A DNA stretch of 64,000 bases from Camelus dromedarius (taxonomy: Eukaryota): positions 1,054,001 through 1,118,000 of the forward strand of contig NC_087436.1 of NCBI RefSeq assembly GCF_036321535.1, read 5' to 3'. Each line of letters opens with the position of its first letter. Position 1 is the first letter of the stretch. Shown here in pieces: positions 25,769-39,583 of the stretch. A model generated the notes under the pieces. It made no database searches. It was not told the DNA's origin and saw nothing but the letters and a program-made list of their open reading frames with translations. Both the position numbers and the translations under genes were made by a program.

Positions 25769-28700
25769 TCGTTCATCTAGCACAAATGGAACGGGTTGCA
25801 GGAGACACTTTTTCTCTGCTTTCTCAGTCTGTTTCCTAGGGCCGGTTTGAAGTTCCTGCAGTTTTCACTGTCAAACCGAGTTGGAGTTAGTACCTCCCCG
25901 TATATATGTATGGAATTGAGTTGGCAACTGAAAAGAAACTTTGTGTTCCCAACAATCTAGGTGAAGGACGGCTTTCACACACACTTATCTCTCAGAACTG
26001 AGCAAGTGGAGAGACGTTCTTTCATGTAGCACCAAGGGAACGGGTTGCAGGAGACACTTTTTCTCTGCTTCCTCAGTCTGTTTCCTAGTGCCGGTTTGAA
26101 TTTCCTGCAGTTTTCACTGTAAAACCGAGTTGGAGCTTCTACCTCCCCATATATATGTATGGAATGGAGTTTGCAACTGAAAAGAAACTTTGTGTTCCCA
26201 ACAAGCTAGGTGAAGGACGGCTTTCACACACACTTATCTCTGAGAACTGAGCAAGTGGAGAGACGTTCGTTCATCTAGCACCAAAGGAACGGGTTGCAGG
26301 AGACACTTTTTCTCTGCTTTCTCAGTTTGTTTCCTAGTGCCGGTTTGAAGTTCCTGCAGTTTTCTCTGTGAAACCGAGTTGGAGCTTCTACCTCCCCATA
26401 TATATGTATGGAATGGAGTTTGCAACTGAAAAGAAACTTTGTGTTCCCAACAATCTAGGTGAAGGACGGCTTTCACACACACTTATCTCTCAGAACTGAG
26501 CAAGTGGAGAGACGTTCTTTCATGTAGCACCAAGGGAACGGGTTGCAGGAGACACTTTTTCTCTGCTTCCTCAGTCTGTTTCCTAGTGCCGGTTTGAAGT
26601 TCCTGCAGTTTTCACTGTAAAACCGAGTTGGAGCTTCTACCTCCCCATATATATGTATGGAATGGAGTTTGCAACTGAAAAGAAACTTTGTGTTCCCAAC
26701 AAGCTAGGTGAAGGACGGCTTTCACACACACTTAACTCTCAGAACTGAGCAAGTGGAGAGACGTTCGTTCATCTAGCACCAAGGGAACGGGTTGCAGGAG
26801 ACACTTTTTCTCTGCTTTCTCAGTCTGTTTCCTAGTGCCGGTTTGAAGTTCCTGCAGTTTTCACTGTCAACCCGAGTTGGAGCTAGTACCTCCCCATATA
26901 TATGTATGGAATGGAGTTTGCAACTGAAAAGAAACTTTGTGTTCCCAACAAGCTAGTTGAAGGACGGCTTTCACACGCACATATCTCTCAGAACTGAGCA
27001 AGTGGAGAGACGTTCGTTCATCCAGCACCAAGGGAACGGGTTGCAGGAGACACTTTTTCTCTGCTTTCTCAGTCTGTTTCCTAGTGCCGGTTTGAAGTTC
27101 CTGCAGTTTTCACTGTCAAACCGAGTTGGAGCTAGTACCTCCCCATATATATGTATGGAATGGAGTTTGCAACTGAAAAGAAACTTTGTGTTCCCAACAA
27201 GCTAGGTGAAGGACGGCTTTCACACACACTTATCTCTCAGAACTGAGCAAGTGGAGAGACGTTCGTTCATCTAGCACCAAGGGAACGGGTTGCAGGTGAC
27301 ACTTTTTCTCTGCTTTCTCAGTCTATTTCCTAGTGCCGGTTTGAAGTTCCTGCAGTTTTCACTGTCAAACCGAGTTGGAGCTAGTACCTCCCCTTATATA
27401 TGTATGGAATGGAGTTGGCAACTGAAAAGAAACTTTGTGTTCCCAACAAGCTAGGTGAAGGACGGCTTTCACACACATTTATCTCTCAGAACTGAGCAAG
27501 TGGAGAGACGTTCTTTCATGTAGCACCAAGGGAACGGGTTGCAGGAGACACTTTTTCTCTGCTTCCTCAGTCTGTTTCCTAGGGCCGGTTTGAAGTTCCT
27601 GCAGTTTTCACTGTCAAACCGAGTTGGAGTTAGTACCTCCCCGTATATATGTATGGAATTGAGTTGGCAACTGAAAAGAAACTTTGTGTTCCGAACAATC
27701 TAGGTGAAGGACGGCTTTCACACACACTTATCTCTCAGAACTGAGCAAGTGGAGAGACGTTCTTTCATGTAGCACCAAGGGAACGGGTTGCAGGAGACAC
27801 TTTTTCTCTGCTTCCTCAGTCTGTTTCCTAGTGCCTTTTTGAAGTTCCTGCAGTTTTCACTGTAAAACCGAGTTGGAGCTTCTACCTCCCCATATATATG
27901 TATGGAATGGAGTTTGCAACTGAAAAGAAACTTTGTGTTCCCAACAAGCTAGGTGAAGGACGGCTTTCACACACACTTATCTCTGAGAACTGAGCAAGTG
28001 GAGAGACGTTCGTTCATCTAGCACCAAGGGAACGGGTTGCAGGAGACACTTTTTCTCTGCTTTCTCAGTTTGTTTCCTAGTGCCGGTTTGAAGTTCCTGC
28101 AGTTTTCTCTGTGAAACCGAGTTGGAGCTTCTACCTCCCCATATATATGTATGGAATGGAGTTTGCAACTGAAAAGAAACTTTGTGTTCCCAACAAGCTA
28201 GGTGAAGGACGGCTTTCACACACACTTATCTCTCAGAACAGTGCAATTGGAGAGAAGTTCGTTCATCTAGCTCCAAGGGAACGGGTTGCAGGAGACACTT
28301 TTTCTCTGCTTTCTCAGTCTGTTTCCTAGTGCCGGTTTGAAGTTCCTGCAGTTTTCACTGTCAACCCGAGTTGGAGCTAGTACCTCCCCATATATATGTA
28401 TGGAATGGAGTTTGCAACTGAAAAGAAACTTTGTGTTCCCAACAAGCTAGTTGAAGGACGGCTTTCACACGCACATATCTCTCAGAACTGAGCAAGTGGA
28501 GAGACGTTCGTTCATCCAGCACCAAGGGAACGGGTTGCAGGAGACACTTTTTCTCTGCTTTCTCAGTCTGTTTCCTAGTGCCGGTTTGAAGTTCCTGCAG
28601 TTTTCACTGTCAAACCGAGTTGGAGCTAGTACCTCCCCATATATATGTATGGAATGGAGTTTGCAACTGAAAAGAAACTTTGTGTTCCCAACAAGCTAGG

Positions 28701-31700
28701 TGAAGGACGGCTTTCACACACATTTATCTCTGAGAACTGAGAAAGTGGAGAGACGTTCGTTCATGTAGCACCAAGGGAACGGGTTGCAGGAGACACTTTT
28801 TCTCTGCTTTTTCAGTCTGTTTCCTAGTGCCGGTTAGAAGTTCCTGCAGTTTTCACTGTCAAACCGAGTTGGAGCTAGTACCTACCCATATATATGTATG
28901 GAATGGAGTTTGCAACTGAAAAGAAACTTTGTGTTCCCAACAAGCTAGGTGAAGGACGGCTTTCACACACACTTATCTCTCAGAACTGAGCAAGTGGAGA
29001 GACGTTCGTTCATCTAGCACCAAGGGAACGGGTTGCAGGTGAAACTTTTTCTCTGCTTTCTCAGTCTATTTCCTAGTGCCGGTTTGAAGTTCCTGCAGTT
29101 TTCACTGTCAAACCGAGTTGGAGCTAGTACCTCCCCTTATATATGTATGGAATGGAGTTGGCAACTGAAAAGAAACTTTGTGTTCCCAACAAGCTAGGTG
29201 AAGGACGGCTTTCACACACATTTATCTCTCAGAACTGAGCAAGTGGAGAGACGTTCTTTCATGTAGCACCAAGGGAACGGGTTGCAGGAGACACTTTTTC
29301 TCTGCTTTCTCAGTCTGTTTCCTAGTGCCGGTTTGAAGTTCCTGCAGTTTTCACTGTAAAACCGTGTTGGAGCTTGTACCTCCCCATATATATGTATGGA
29401 ATGGAGTTTGCAACTGAAAAGAAACTTTGTGTTCCCAACAAGCTAGGTGAAGGACGGCTTTCACACACACTTATCTCTCAGAACTGAGCAAGTGGAGAGA
29501 CGTTCGTTCATCTAGCACCAAGGGAACGGGTTGCAGGAGACACTTTTTCTCTGCTTTCTCAGTCTGTTTCCTAGTGCCGGTTTGAAGTTCCTGCAGTTTT
29601 CACTGTAAAACCGAGTTGGAGCTAGTACCTCCCCATATATATGTATGGAATGGAGTTTGCAACTGAAAAGAATCTTTGTGTTCCCAACAAGCTAGGTGAA
29701 GGACGGCTTTCACACACACTTATCTCTCAGAACTGAGCAAGTGGAGAGACGTTCGTTCATCTAGCACCAATGGAACGGGTTGCAGGAGACACTTTTTCTC
29801 TGCTTTCTCAGTCTGTTTCCTAGGGCCGGTTTGAAGTTCCTGCAGTTTTCACTGTCAAACCGAGTTGGAGCTAGTACCTCCCCGTATATATGTATGGAAT
29901 TGAGTTGGCAACTGAAAAGAAACTTTGTGTTCCCAACAATCTAGGTGAAGGACGGCTTTCACACACACTTATCTCTCAGAACTGAGCAAGTGGAGAGACG
30001 TTCTTTCATGTAGCACCAAGGGAACGGGTTGCAGGAGACACTTTTTCTCTGCTTCCTCAGTCTGTTTCCTAGTGCCGGTTTGAAGTTCCTGCAGTTTTCA
30101 CTGTAAAACCGAGTTGGAGCTTCTACCTCCCCATATATATGTATGGAATGGAGTTTGCAACTGAAAAGAAACTTTGTGTTCCCAACAAGCTAGGTGAAGG
30201 ACGGCTTTCACACACACTTACCTCTCAGAACTGAGCAAGTGGAGAGACGTTCGTTCATCTAGCACCAAGGGAACGGGTTGCAGGAGACACTTTTTCTCTG
30301 CTTTCTCAGTTTGTTTCCTAGTGCCGGTTTGAAGTTCCTGCAGTTTTCTCTGTGAAACCGAGTTGGAGCTTCTACCTCCCCATATATATGTATGGAATGG
30401 AGTTTGCAACTGAAAAGAAACTTTGTGTTCCCAACAAGCTAGGTGAAGGACGGCTTTCACACACACTTATCTCTCAGAACAGTGCAATTGGAGAGAAGTT
30501 CGTTCATCTAGCACCAAGGGAACGGGTTGCAGGAGACACTTTTTCTCTGCTTTCTCAGTCTGTTTCCTAGTGCCGGTTTGAAGTTCCTGCAGTTTTCACT
30601 GTCAACCCGAGTTGGAGCTAGTACCTCCCCATATATATGTATGGAATGGAGTTTGCAACTGAAAAGAAACTTTGTGTTCCCAACAAGCTAGGTGAAGGAC
30701 GGCTTTCACACGCACATATCTCTCAGAACTGAGCAAGTGGAGAGATGTTTGTTCATCTAGCACCAAGGGAACGGGTTGCAGGAGACACTTTTTCTCTGCT
30801 TTCTCAGTCTGTTTCCTAGTGCTGGTTTGAAGTTCCTGCAGTTTTCATTGTCAAACCGATTTGGAGCTAGTATCTCCCCATATATATGTATGGAATGGAG
30901 TTTATAACTGAAAAGAAACTTTCTGTTCCCAACAAGATTGGTGAAGATCGGCTTTCACACACACTTATCTCTCAGAACTGAGCAAGTGGAGAGACGTTCG
31001 TTCATCCAGCACCAAGGGAACGGGTTGCAGGAGACACTTTTTCTCTGCTTTCTCAGTCTGTTTCCTAGTGCCGGTTTGAAGTTCCTGCAGTTTTCACTGT
31101 AAAACCGAGTTGGAGCTTCTTCCTCCCCATATATATGTATGGAATGGAGTTTGCAACTGAAAAGAAACTTTGTGTTCCCAACAAGCTAGGTGAAGGACGG
31201 CTTTCACACACACTTATCTCTCAGAACAGAGCAAGTGGAGAGACGTTCGTTCATCTAGCACCAAGGGAACGGGTTGCAGGAGACACTTTTTCTCTGCTTT
31301 CTCAGTCTGTTTCCTAGTGCCGGTTTGAAGTTCCTGCAGTTTTCACTGTGAAAACGATTTGGAGCTAGTACCTCCCCATATATATGTATGGAATGGAGTT
31401 TGCAACTGAAAAGAAACTTTGTGTTCCCAACAAGCTAGTTGAAGGACGGCTTTCACACACACATATCTCTCAGAACTGAGCAAGTGGAGAGACGTTCGTT
31501 CATCTAGCACCAAGGGAACGGGTTGTAGGAGACACTTTTTCTCTGCTTCCTCAGTCTGTTTCCTAGTGCCGGTTTGAAGTTCGTGCAGTTTTCACTGTAA
31601 AACCGAGTTGGAGCTTGTACCTCCCCATATATATGTATGCAATGGAGTTTGCAACTGAAAAGAAACTTTGTGTTCCCAACAAGCTTGGTGAAGGACGGCT

Positions 31701-34700
31701 TTCACACACACTTATCTCTCAGAACTGAGCAAGTGGAGAGACGTTCGTTCATCCAGCACCAAGGGAACGGGTTGCAGGAGACACGTTTTCTCTGCTTTCT
31801 CAGTCTGTTTCCTAGTGCCGGTTTGAAGTTCCTGCAGTTATCACTGTAAAACCGAGTTGGAGCTTGTACCTCCCCATATATATGTATGGAATGGAGTTTG
31901 CAACTGAAAAGAAACTTTGTGTTCCCAACAAGCTTGGTGAAGGACGGCTTTCACACACACTTATCTCTCAGAACTGAGCAAGTGGAGAGACGTTCGTTCA
32001 TCCAGCACCAAGGGAACGGGTTGCAGGAGACACGTTTTCTCTGCTTTCTCAGTCTGTTTCCTAGTGCCGGTTTGAAGTTCCTGCAGTTATCACTGTAAAA
32101 CCGAGTTGGAGCTAGTACCTCCCCATATATATGTATGGAATGGAGTTTGCAACTGAAAAGAAACTTTGTGTTCCCAACAAGCTAGGTGAAGGACGGCTTT
32201 CACACACATTTATCTCTCAGAACTGAGAAAGTGGAGAGACGTTCGTTCATGTAGCACCAAGGGAACGGGTTGCAGGAGACACTTTTTCTCTGCTTTCTCA
32301 GTCTGTTTCCTAGTGCCGGTTAGAAGTTCCTGCAGTTTTCACTGTCAAACCGAGTTGGAGCTAGTACCTACCCATATATATGTATGGAATGGAGTTTGCA
32401 ACTGAAAAGAAACTTTGTGTTCCCAACAAGCTAGGTGAAGGACGGCTTTCACACACACTTATCTCTCAGAACTGAGCAAGTGGAGAGACGTTCGTTCATC
32501 TAGCACCAAGGGAACGGGTTGCAGGTGACACTTTTTCTCTGCTTTCTCAGTCTATTTCCTAGTGCCGGTTTGAAGTTCCTGCAGTTTTCACTGTCAAACC
32601 GAGTTGGAGCTAGTACCTCCCCTTATATATGTATGGAATGGAGTTGGCAACTGAAAAGAAACTTTGTGTTCCCAACAAGCTAGGTGAAGGACGGCTTTCA
32701 CACACATTTATCTCTCAGAACTGAGCAAGTGGAGAGACGTTCTTTCATGTAGCACCAAGGGAACGGGTTGCAGGAGACACTTTTTCTCTGCTTTCTCAGT
32801 CTGTTTCCTAGTGCCGGTTTGTAGTTCCTGCAGTTTTCACTGTAAAACCGTGTTGGAGCTTGTACCTCCCCATATATATGTATGGAATGGAGTTTGCAAC
32901 TGAAAAGAAACTTTGTGTTCCCAACAAGCTAGGTGAAGGACGGCTTTCACACACACTTATCTCTCAGAATTGAGCAAGTGGAGAGACGTTCGTTCATCTA
33001 GCACCAAGGGAACGGGTTGCAGGAGACACTTTTTCTCTGCTTTCTCAGTCTGTTTCCTAGTGCCGGTTTGAAGTTCCTGCAGTTTTCACTGTAAAACCGA
33101 GTTGGAGCTAGTACCTCCCCATATATATGTATGGAATGGAGTTTGCAACTGAAAAGAAACTTTATGTTCCCAACAAGCTAGGTGAAGGACGGCTTTCACA
33201 CACACTTATCTCTCAGAACTGAGCAAGTGGAGAGACGTTCGTTCATCTAGCACAAATGGAACGGGTTGCAGGAGACACTTTTTCTCTGCTTTCTCAGTCT
33301 GTTTCCTAGGGCCGGTTTGAAGTTCCTGCAGTTTTCACTGTCAAACCGAGTTGGAGTTAGTACCTCCCCGTATATATGTATGGAATTGAGTTGGCAACTG
33401 AAAAGAAACTTTGTGTTCCCAACAATCTAGGTGAAGGACGGCTTTCACACACACTTATCTCTCAGAACTGAGCAAGTGGAGAGACGTTCTTTCATGTAGC
33501 ACCAAGGGAACGGGTTGCAGGAGACACTTTTTCTCTGCTTCCTCAGTCTGTTTCCTAGTGCCGGTTTGAATTTCCTGCAGTTTTCACTGTAAAACCGAGT
33601 TGGAGCTTCTACCTCCCCATATATATGTATGGAATGGAGTTTGCAACTGAAAAGAAACTTTGTGTTCCCAACAAGCTAGGTGAAGGACGGCTTTCACACA
33701 CACTTATCTCTGAGAACTGAGCAAGTGGAGAGACGTTCGTTCATCTAGCACCAAAGGAACGGGTTGCAGGAGACACTTTTTCTCTGCTTTCTCAGTTTGT
33801 TTCCTAGTGCCGGTTTGAAGTTCCTGCAGTTTTCTCTGTGAAACCGAGTTGGAGCTTCTACCTCCCCATATATATGTATGGAATGGAGTTTGCAACTGAA
33901 AAGAAACTTTGTGTTCCCAACAATCTAGGTGAAGGACGGCTTTCACACACACTTATCTCTCAGAACTGAGCAAGTGGAGAGACGTTCTTTCATGTAGCAC
34001 CAAGGGAACGGGTTGCAGGAGACACTTTTTCTCTGCTTCCTCAGTCTGTTTCCTAGTGCCGGTTTGAAGTTCCTGCAGTTTTCACTGTAAAACCGAGTTG
34101 GAGCTTCTACCTCCCCATATATATGTATGGAATGGAGTTTGCAACTGAAAAGAAACTTTGTGTTCCCAACAAGCTAGGTGAAGGACGGCTTTCACACACA
34201 CTTAACTCTCAGAACTGAGCAAGTGGAGAGACGTTCGTTCATCTAGCACCAAGGGAACGGGTTGCAGGAGACACTTTTTCTCTGCTTTCTCAGTCTGTTT
34301 CCTAGTGCCGGTTTGAAGTTCCTGCAGTTTTCACTGTCAACCCGAGTTGGAGCTAGTACCTCCCCATATATATGTATGGAATGGAGTTTGCAACTGAAAA
34401 GAAACTTTGTGTTCCCAACAAGCTAGTTGAAGGACGGCTTTCACACGCACATATCTCTCAGAACTGAGCAAGTGGAGAGACGTTCGTTCATCCAGCACCA
34501 AGGGAACGGGTTGCAGGAGACACTTTTTCTCTGCTTTCTCAGTCTGTTTCCTAGTGCCGGTTTGAAGTTCCTGCAGTTTTCACTGTCAAACCGAGTTGGA
34601 GCTAGTACCTCCCCATATATATGTATGGAATGGAGTTTGCAACTGAAAAGAAACTTTGTGTTCCCAACAAGCTAGGTGAAGGACGGCTTTCACACACACT

Positions 34701-37700
34701 TATCTCTCAGAACTGAGCAAGTGGAGAGACGTTCGTTCATCTAGCACCAAGGGAACGGGTTGCAGGTGACACTTTTTCTCTGCTTTCTCAGTCTATTTCC
34801 TAGTGCCGGTTTGAAGTTCCTGCAGTTTTCACTGTCAAACAGAGTTGGAGCTAGTACCTCCCCTTATATATGTATGGAATGGAGTTGGCAACTGAAAAGA
34901 AACTTTGTGTTCCCAACAAGCTAGGTGAAGGACGGCTTTCACACACATTTATCTCTCAGAACTGAGCAAGTGGAGAGACGTTCTTTCATGTAGCACCAAG
35001 GGAACGGGTTGCAGGAGACACTTTTTCTCTGCTTCCTCAGTCTGTTTCCTAGGGCCGGTTTGAAGTTCCTGCAGTTTTCACTGTCAAACCGAGTTGGAGT
35101 TAGTACCTCCCCGTATATATGTATGGAATTGAGTTGGCAACTGAAAAGAAACTTTGTGTTCCGAACAATCTAGGTGAAGGACGGCTTTCACACACACTTA
35201 TCTCTCAGAACTGAGCAAGTGGAGAGACGTTCTTTCATGTAGCACCAAGGGAACGGGTTGCAGGAGACACTTTTTCTCTGCTTCCTCAGTCTGTTTCCTA
35301 GTGCCTTTTTGAAGTTCCTGCAGTTTTCACTGTAAAACCGAGTTGGAGCTTCTACCTCCCCATATATATGTATGGAATGGAGTTTGCAACTGAAAAGAAA
35401 CTTTGTGTTCCCAACAAGCTAGGTGAAGGACGGCTTTCACACACACTTATCTCTGAGAACTGAGCAAGTGGAGAGACGTTCGTTCATCTAGCACCAAGGG
35501 AACGGGTTGCAGGAGACACTTTTTCTCTGCTTTCTCAGTTTGTTTCCTAGTGCCGGTTTGAAGTTCCTGCAGTTTTCTCTGTGAAACCGAGTTGGAGCTT
35601 CTACCTCCCCATATATATGTATGGAATGGAGTTTGCAACTGAAAAGAAACTTTGTGTTCCCAACAAGCTAGGTGAAGGACGGCTTTCACACACACTTATC
35701 TCTCAGAACAGTGCAATTGGAGAGAAGTTCGTTCATCTAGCTCCAAGGGAACGGGTTGCAGGAGACACTTTTTCTCTGCTTTCTCAGTCTGTTTCCTAGT
35801 GCCGGTTTGAAGTTCCTGCAGTTTTCACTGTCAACCCGAGTTGGAGCTAGTACCTCCCCATATATATGTATGGAATGGAGTTTGCAACTGAAAAGAAACT
35901 TTGTGTTCCCAACAAGCTAGTTGAAGGACGGCTTTCACACGCACATATCTCTCAGAACTGAGCAAGTGGAGAGACGTTCGTTCATCCAGCACCAAGGGAA
36001 CGGGTTGCAGGAGACACTTTTTCTCTGCTTTCTCAGTCTGTTTCCTAGTGCCGGTTTGAAGTTCCTGCAGTTTTCACTGTCAAACCGAGTTGGAGCTAGT
36101 ACCTCCCCATATATATGTATGGAATGGAGTTTGCAACTGAAAAGAAACTTTGTGTTCCCAACAAGCTAGGTGAAGGACGGCTTTCACACACATTTATCTC
36201 TGAGAACTGAGAAAGTGGAGAGACGTTCGTTCATGTAGCACCAAGGGAACGGGTTGCAGGAGACACTTTTTCTCTGCTTTTTCAGTCTGTTTCCTAGTGC
36301 CGGTTAGAAGTTCCTGCAGTTTTCACTGTCAAACCGAGTTGGAGCTAGTACCTACCCATATATATGTATGGAATGGAGTTTGCAACTGAAAAGAAACTTT
36401 GTGTTCCCAACAAGCTAGGTGAAGGACGGCTTTCACACACACTTATCTCTCAGAACTGAGCAAGTGGAGAGACGTTCGTTCATCTAGCACCAAGGGAACG
36501 GGTTGCAGGTGAAACTTTTTCTCTGCTTTCTCAGTCTATTTCCTAGTGCCGGTTTGAAGTTCCTGCAGTTTTCACTGTCAAACCGAGTTGGAGCTAGTAC
36601 CTCCCCTTATATATGTATGGAATGGAGTTGGCAACTGAAAAGAAACTTTGTGTTCCCAACAAGCTAGGTGAAGGACGGCTTTCACACACATTTATCTCTC
36701 AGAACTGAGCAAGTGGAGAGACGTTCTTTCATGTAGCACCAAGGGAACGGGTTGCAGGAGACACTTTTTCTCTGCTTTCTCAGTCTGTTTCCTAGTGCCG
36801 GTTTGAAGTTCCTGCAGTTTTCACTGTAAAACCGTGTTGGAGCTTGTACCTCCCCATATATATGTATGGAATGGAGTTTGCAACTGAAAAGAAACTTTGT
36901 GTTCCCAACAAGCTAGGTGAAGGACGGCTTTCACACACACTTATCTCTCAGAACTGAGCAAGTGGAGAGACGTTCGTTCATCTAGCACCAAGGGAACGGG
37001 TTGCAGGAGACACTTTTTCTCTGCTTTCTCAGTCTGTTTCCTAGTGCCGGTTTGAAGTTCCTGCAGTTTTCACTGTAAAACCGAGTTGGAGCTAGTACCT
37101 CCCCATATATATGTATGGAATGGAGTTTGCAACTGAAAAGAATCTTTGTGTTCCCAACAAGCTAGGTGAAGGACGGCTTTCACACACACTTATCTCTCAG
37201 AACTGAGCAAGTGGAGAGACGTTCGTTCATCTAGCACCAATGGAACGGGTTGCAGGAGACACTTTTTCTCTGCTTTCTCAGTCTGTTTCCTAGGGCCGGT
37301 TTGAAGTTCCTGCAGTTTTCACTGTCAAACCGAGTTGGAGCTAGTACCTCCCCGTATATATGTATGGAATTGAGTTGGCAACTGAAAAGAAACTTTGTGT
37401 TCCCAACAATCTAGGTGAAGGACGGCTTTCACACACACTTATCTCTCAGAACTGAGCAAGTGGAGAGACGTTCTTTCATGTAGCACCAAGGGAACGGGTT
37501 GCAGGAGACACTTTTTCTCTGCTTCCTCAGTCTGTTTCCTAGTGCCGGTTTGAAGTTCCTGCAGTTTTCACTGTAAAACCGAGTTGGAGCTTCTACCTCC
37601 CCATATATATGTATGGAATGGAGTTTGCAACTGAAAAGAAACTTTGTGTTCCCAACAAGCTAGGTGAAGGACGGCTTTCACACACACTTACCTCTCAGAA

Positions 37701-39583
37701 CTGAGCAAGTGGAGAGACGTTCGTTCATCTAGCACCAAGGGAACGGGTTGCAGGAGACACTTTTTCTCTGCTTTCTCAGTTTGTTTCCTAGTGCCGGTTT
37801 GAAGTTCCTGCAGTTTTCTCTGTGAAACCGAGTTGGAGCTTCTACCTCCCCATATATATGTATGGAATGGAGTTTGCAACTGAAAAGAAACTTTGTGTTC
37901 CCAACAAGCTAGGTGAAGGACGGCTTTCACACACACTTATCTCTCAGAACAGTGCAATTGGAGAGAAGTTCGTTCATCTAGCACCAAGGGAACGGGTTGC
38001 AGGAGACACTTTTTCTCTGCTTTCTCAGTCTGTTTCCTAGTGCCGGTTTGAAGTTCCTGCAGTTTTCACTGTCAACCCGAGTTGGAGCTAGTACCTCCCC
38101 ATATATATGTATGGAATGGAGTTTGCAACTGAAAAGAAACTTTGTGTTCCCAACAAGCTAGGTGAAGGACGGCTTTCACACGCACATATCTCTCAGAACT
38201 GAGCAAGTGGAGAGATGTTTGTTCATCTAGCACCAAGGGAACGGGTTGCAGGAGACACTTTTTCTCTGCTTTCTCAGTCTGTTTCCTAGTGCTGGTTTGA
38301 AGTTCCTGCAGTTTTCATTGTCAAACCGATTTGGAGCTAGTATCTCCCCATATATATGTATGGAATGGAGTTTATAACTGAAAAGAAACTTTCTGTTCCC
38401 AACAAGATTGGTGAAGATCGGCTTTCACACACACTTATCTCTCAGAACTGAGCAAGTGGAGAGACGTTCGTTCATCCAGCACCAAGGGAACGGGTTGCAG
38501 GAGACACTTTTTCTCTGCTTTCTCAGTCTGTTTCCTAGTGCCGGTTTGAAGTTCCTGCAGTTTTCACTGTAAAACCGAGTTGGAGCTTCTTCCTCCCCAT
38601 ATATATGTATGGAATGGAGTTTGCAACTGAAAAGAAACTTTGTGTTCCCAACAAGCTAGGTGAAGGACGGCTTTCACACACACTTATCTCTCAGAACAGA
38701 GCAAGTGGAGAGACGTTCGTTCATCTAGCACCAAGGGAACGGGTTGCAGGAGACACTTTTTCTCTGCTTTCTCAGTCTGTTTCCTAGTGCCGGTTTGAAG
38801 TTCCTGCAGTTTTCACTGTGAAAACGATTTGGAGCTAGTACCTCCCCATATATATGTATGGAATGGAGTTTGCAACTGAAAAGAAACTTTGTGTTCCCAA
38901 CAAGCTAGTTGAAGGACGGCTTTCACACACACATATCTCTCAGAACTGAGCAAGTGGAGAGACGTTCGTTCATCTAGCACCAAGGGAACGGGTTGTAGGA
39001 GACACTTTTTCTCTGCTTCCTCAGTCTGTTTCCTAGTGCCGGTTTGAAGTTCGTGCAGTTTTCACTGTAAAACCGAGTTGGAGCTTGTACCTCCCCATAT
39101 ATATGTATGCAATGGAGTTTGCAACTGAAAAGAAACTTTGTGTTCCCAACAAGCTTGGTGAAGGACGGCTTTCACACACACTTATCTCTCAGAACTGAGC
39201 AAGTGGAGAGACGTTCGTTCATCCAGCACCAAGGGAACGGGTTGCAGGAGACACGTTTTCTCTGCTTTCTCAGTCTGTTTCCTAGTGCCGGTTTGAAGTT
39301 CCTGCAGTTATCACTGTAAAACCGAGTTGGAGCTTGTACCTCCCCATATATATGTATGGAATGGAGTTTGCAACTGAAAAGAAACTTTGTGTTCCCAACA
39401 AGCTTGGTGAAGGACGGCTTTCACACACACTTATCTCTCAGAACTGAGCAAGTGGAGAGACGTTCGTTCATCCAGCACCAAGGGAACGGGTTGCAGGAGA
39501 CACGTTTTCTCTGCTTTCTCAGTCTGTTTCCTAGTGCCGGTTTGAAGTTCCTGCAGTTATCACTGTAAAACCGAGTTGGAGCT
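24620..39583 (+). repeat. Near-perfect tandem duplication of 30 monomers (7470 bp; junction ~32090-32113)
   Basis: Ten ORF pairs are offset by exactly 7470 (26234/33704 through 31886/39356). Shared rare variants include cttaActc, ccGaac, gccTTttt, agcTcc, gtgaAac, ttaCct, aagAtt and tatgCa. One mismatch was seen (27371 C vs 34841 A). Confidence 0.95.
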
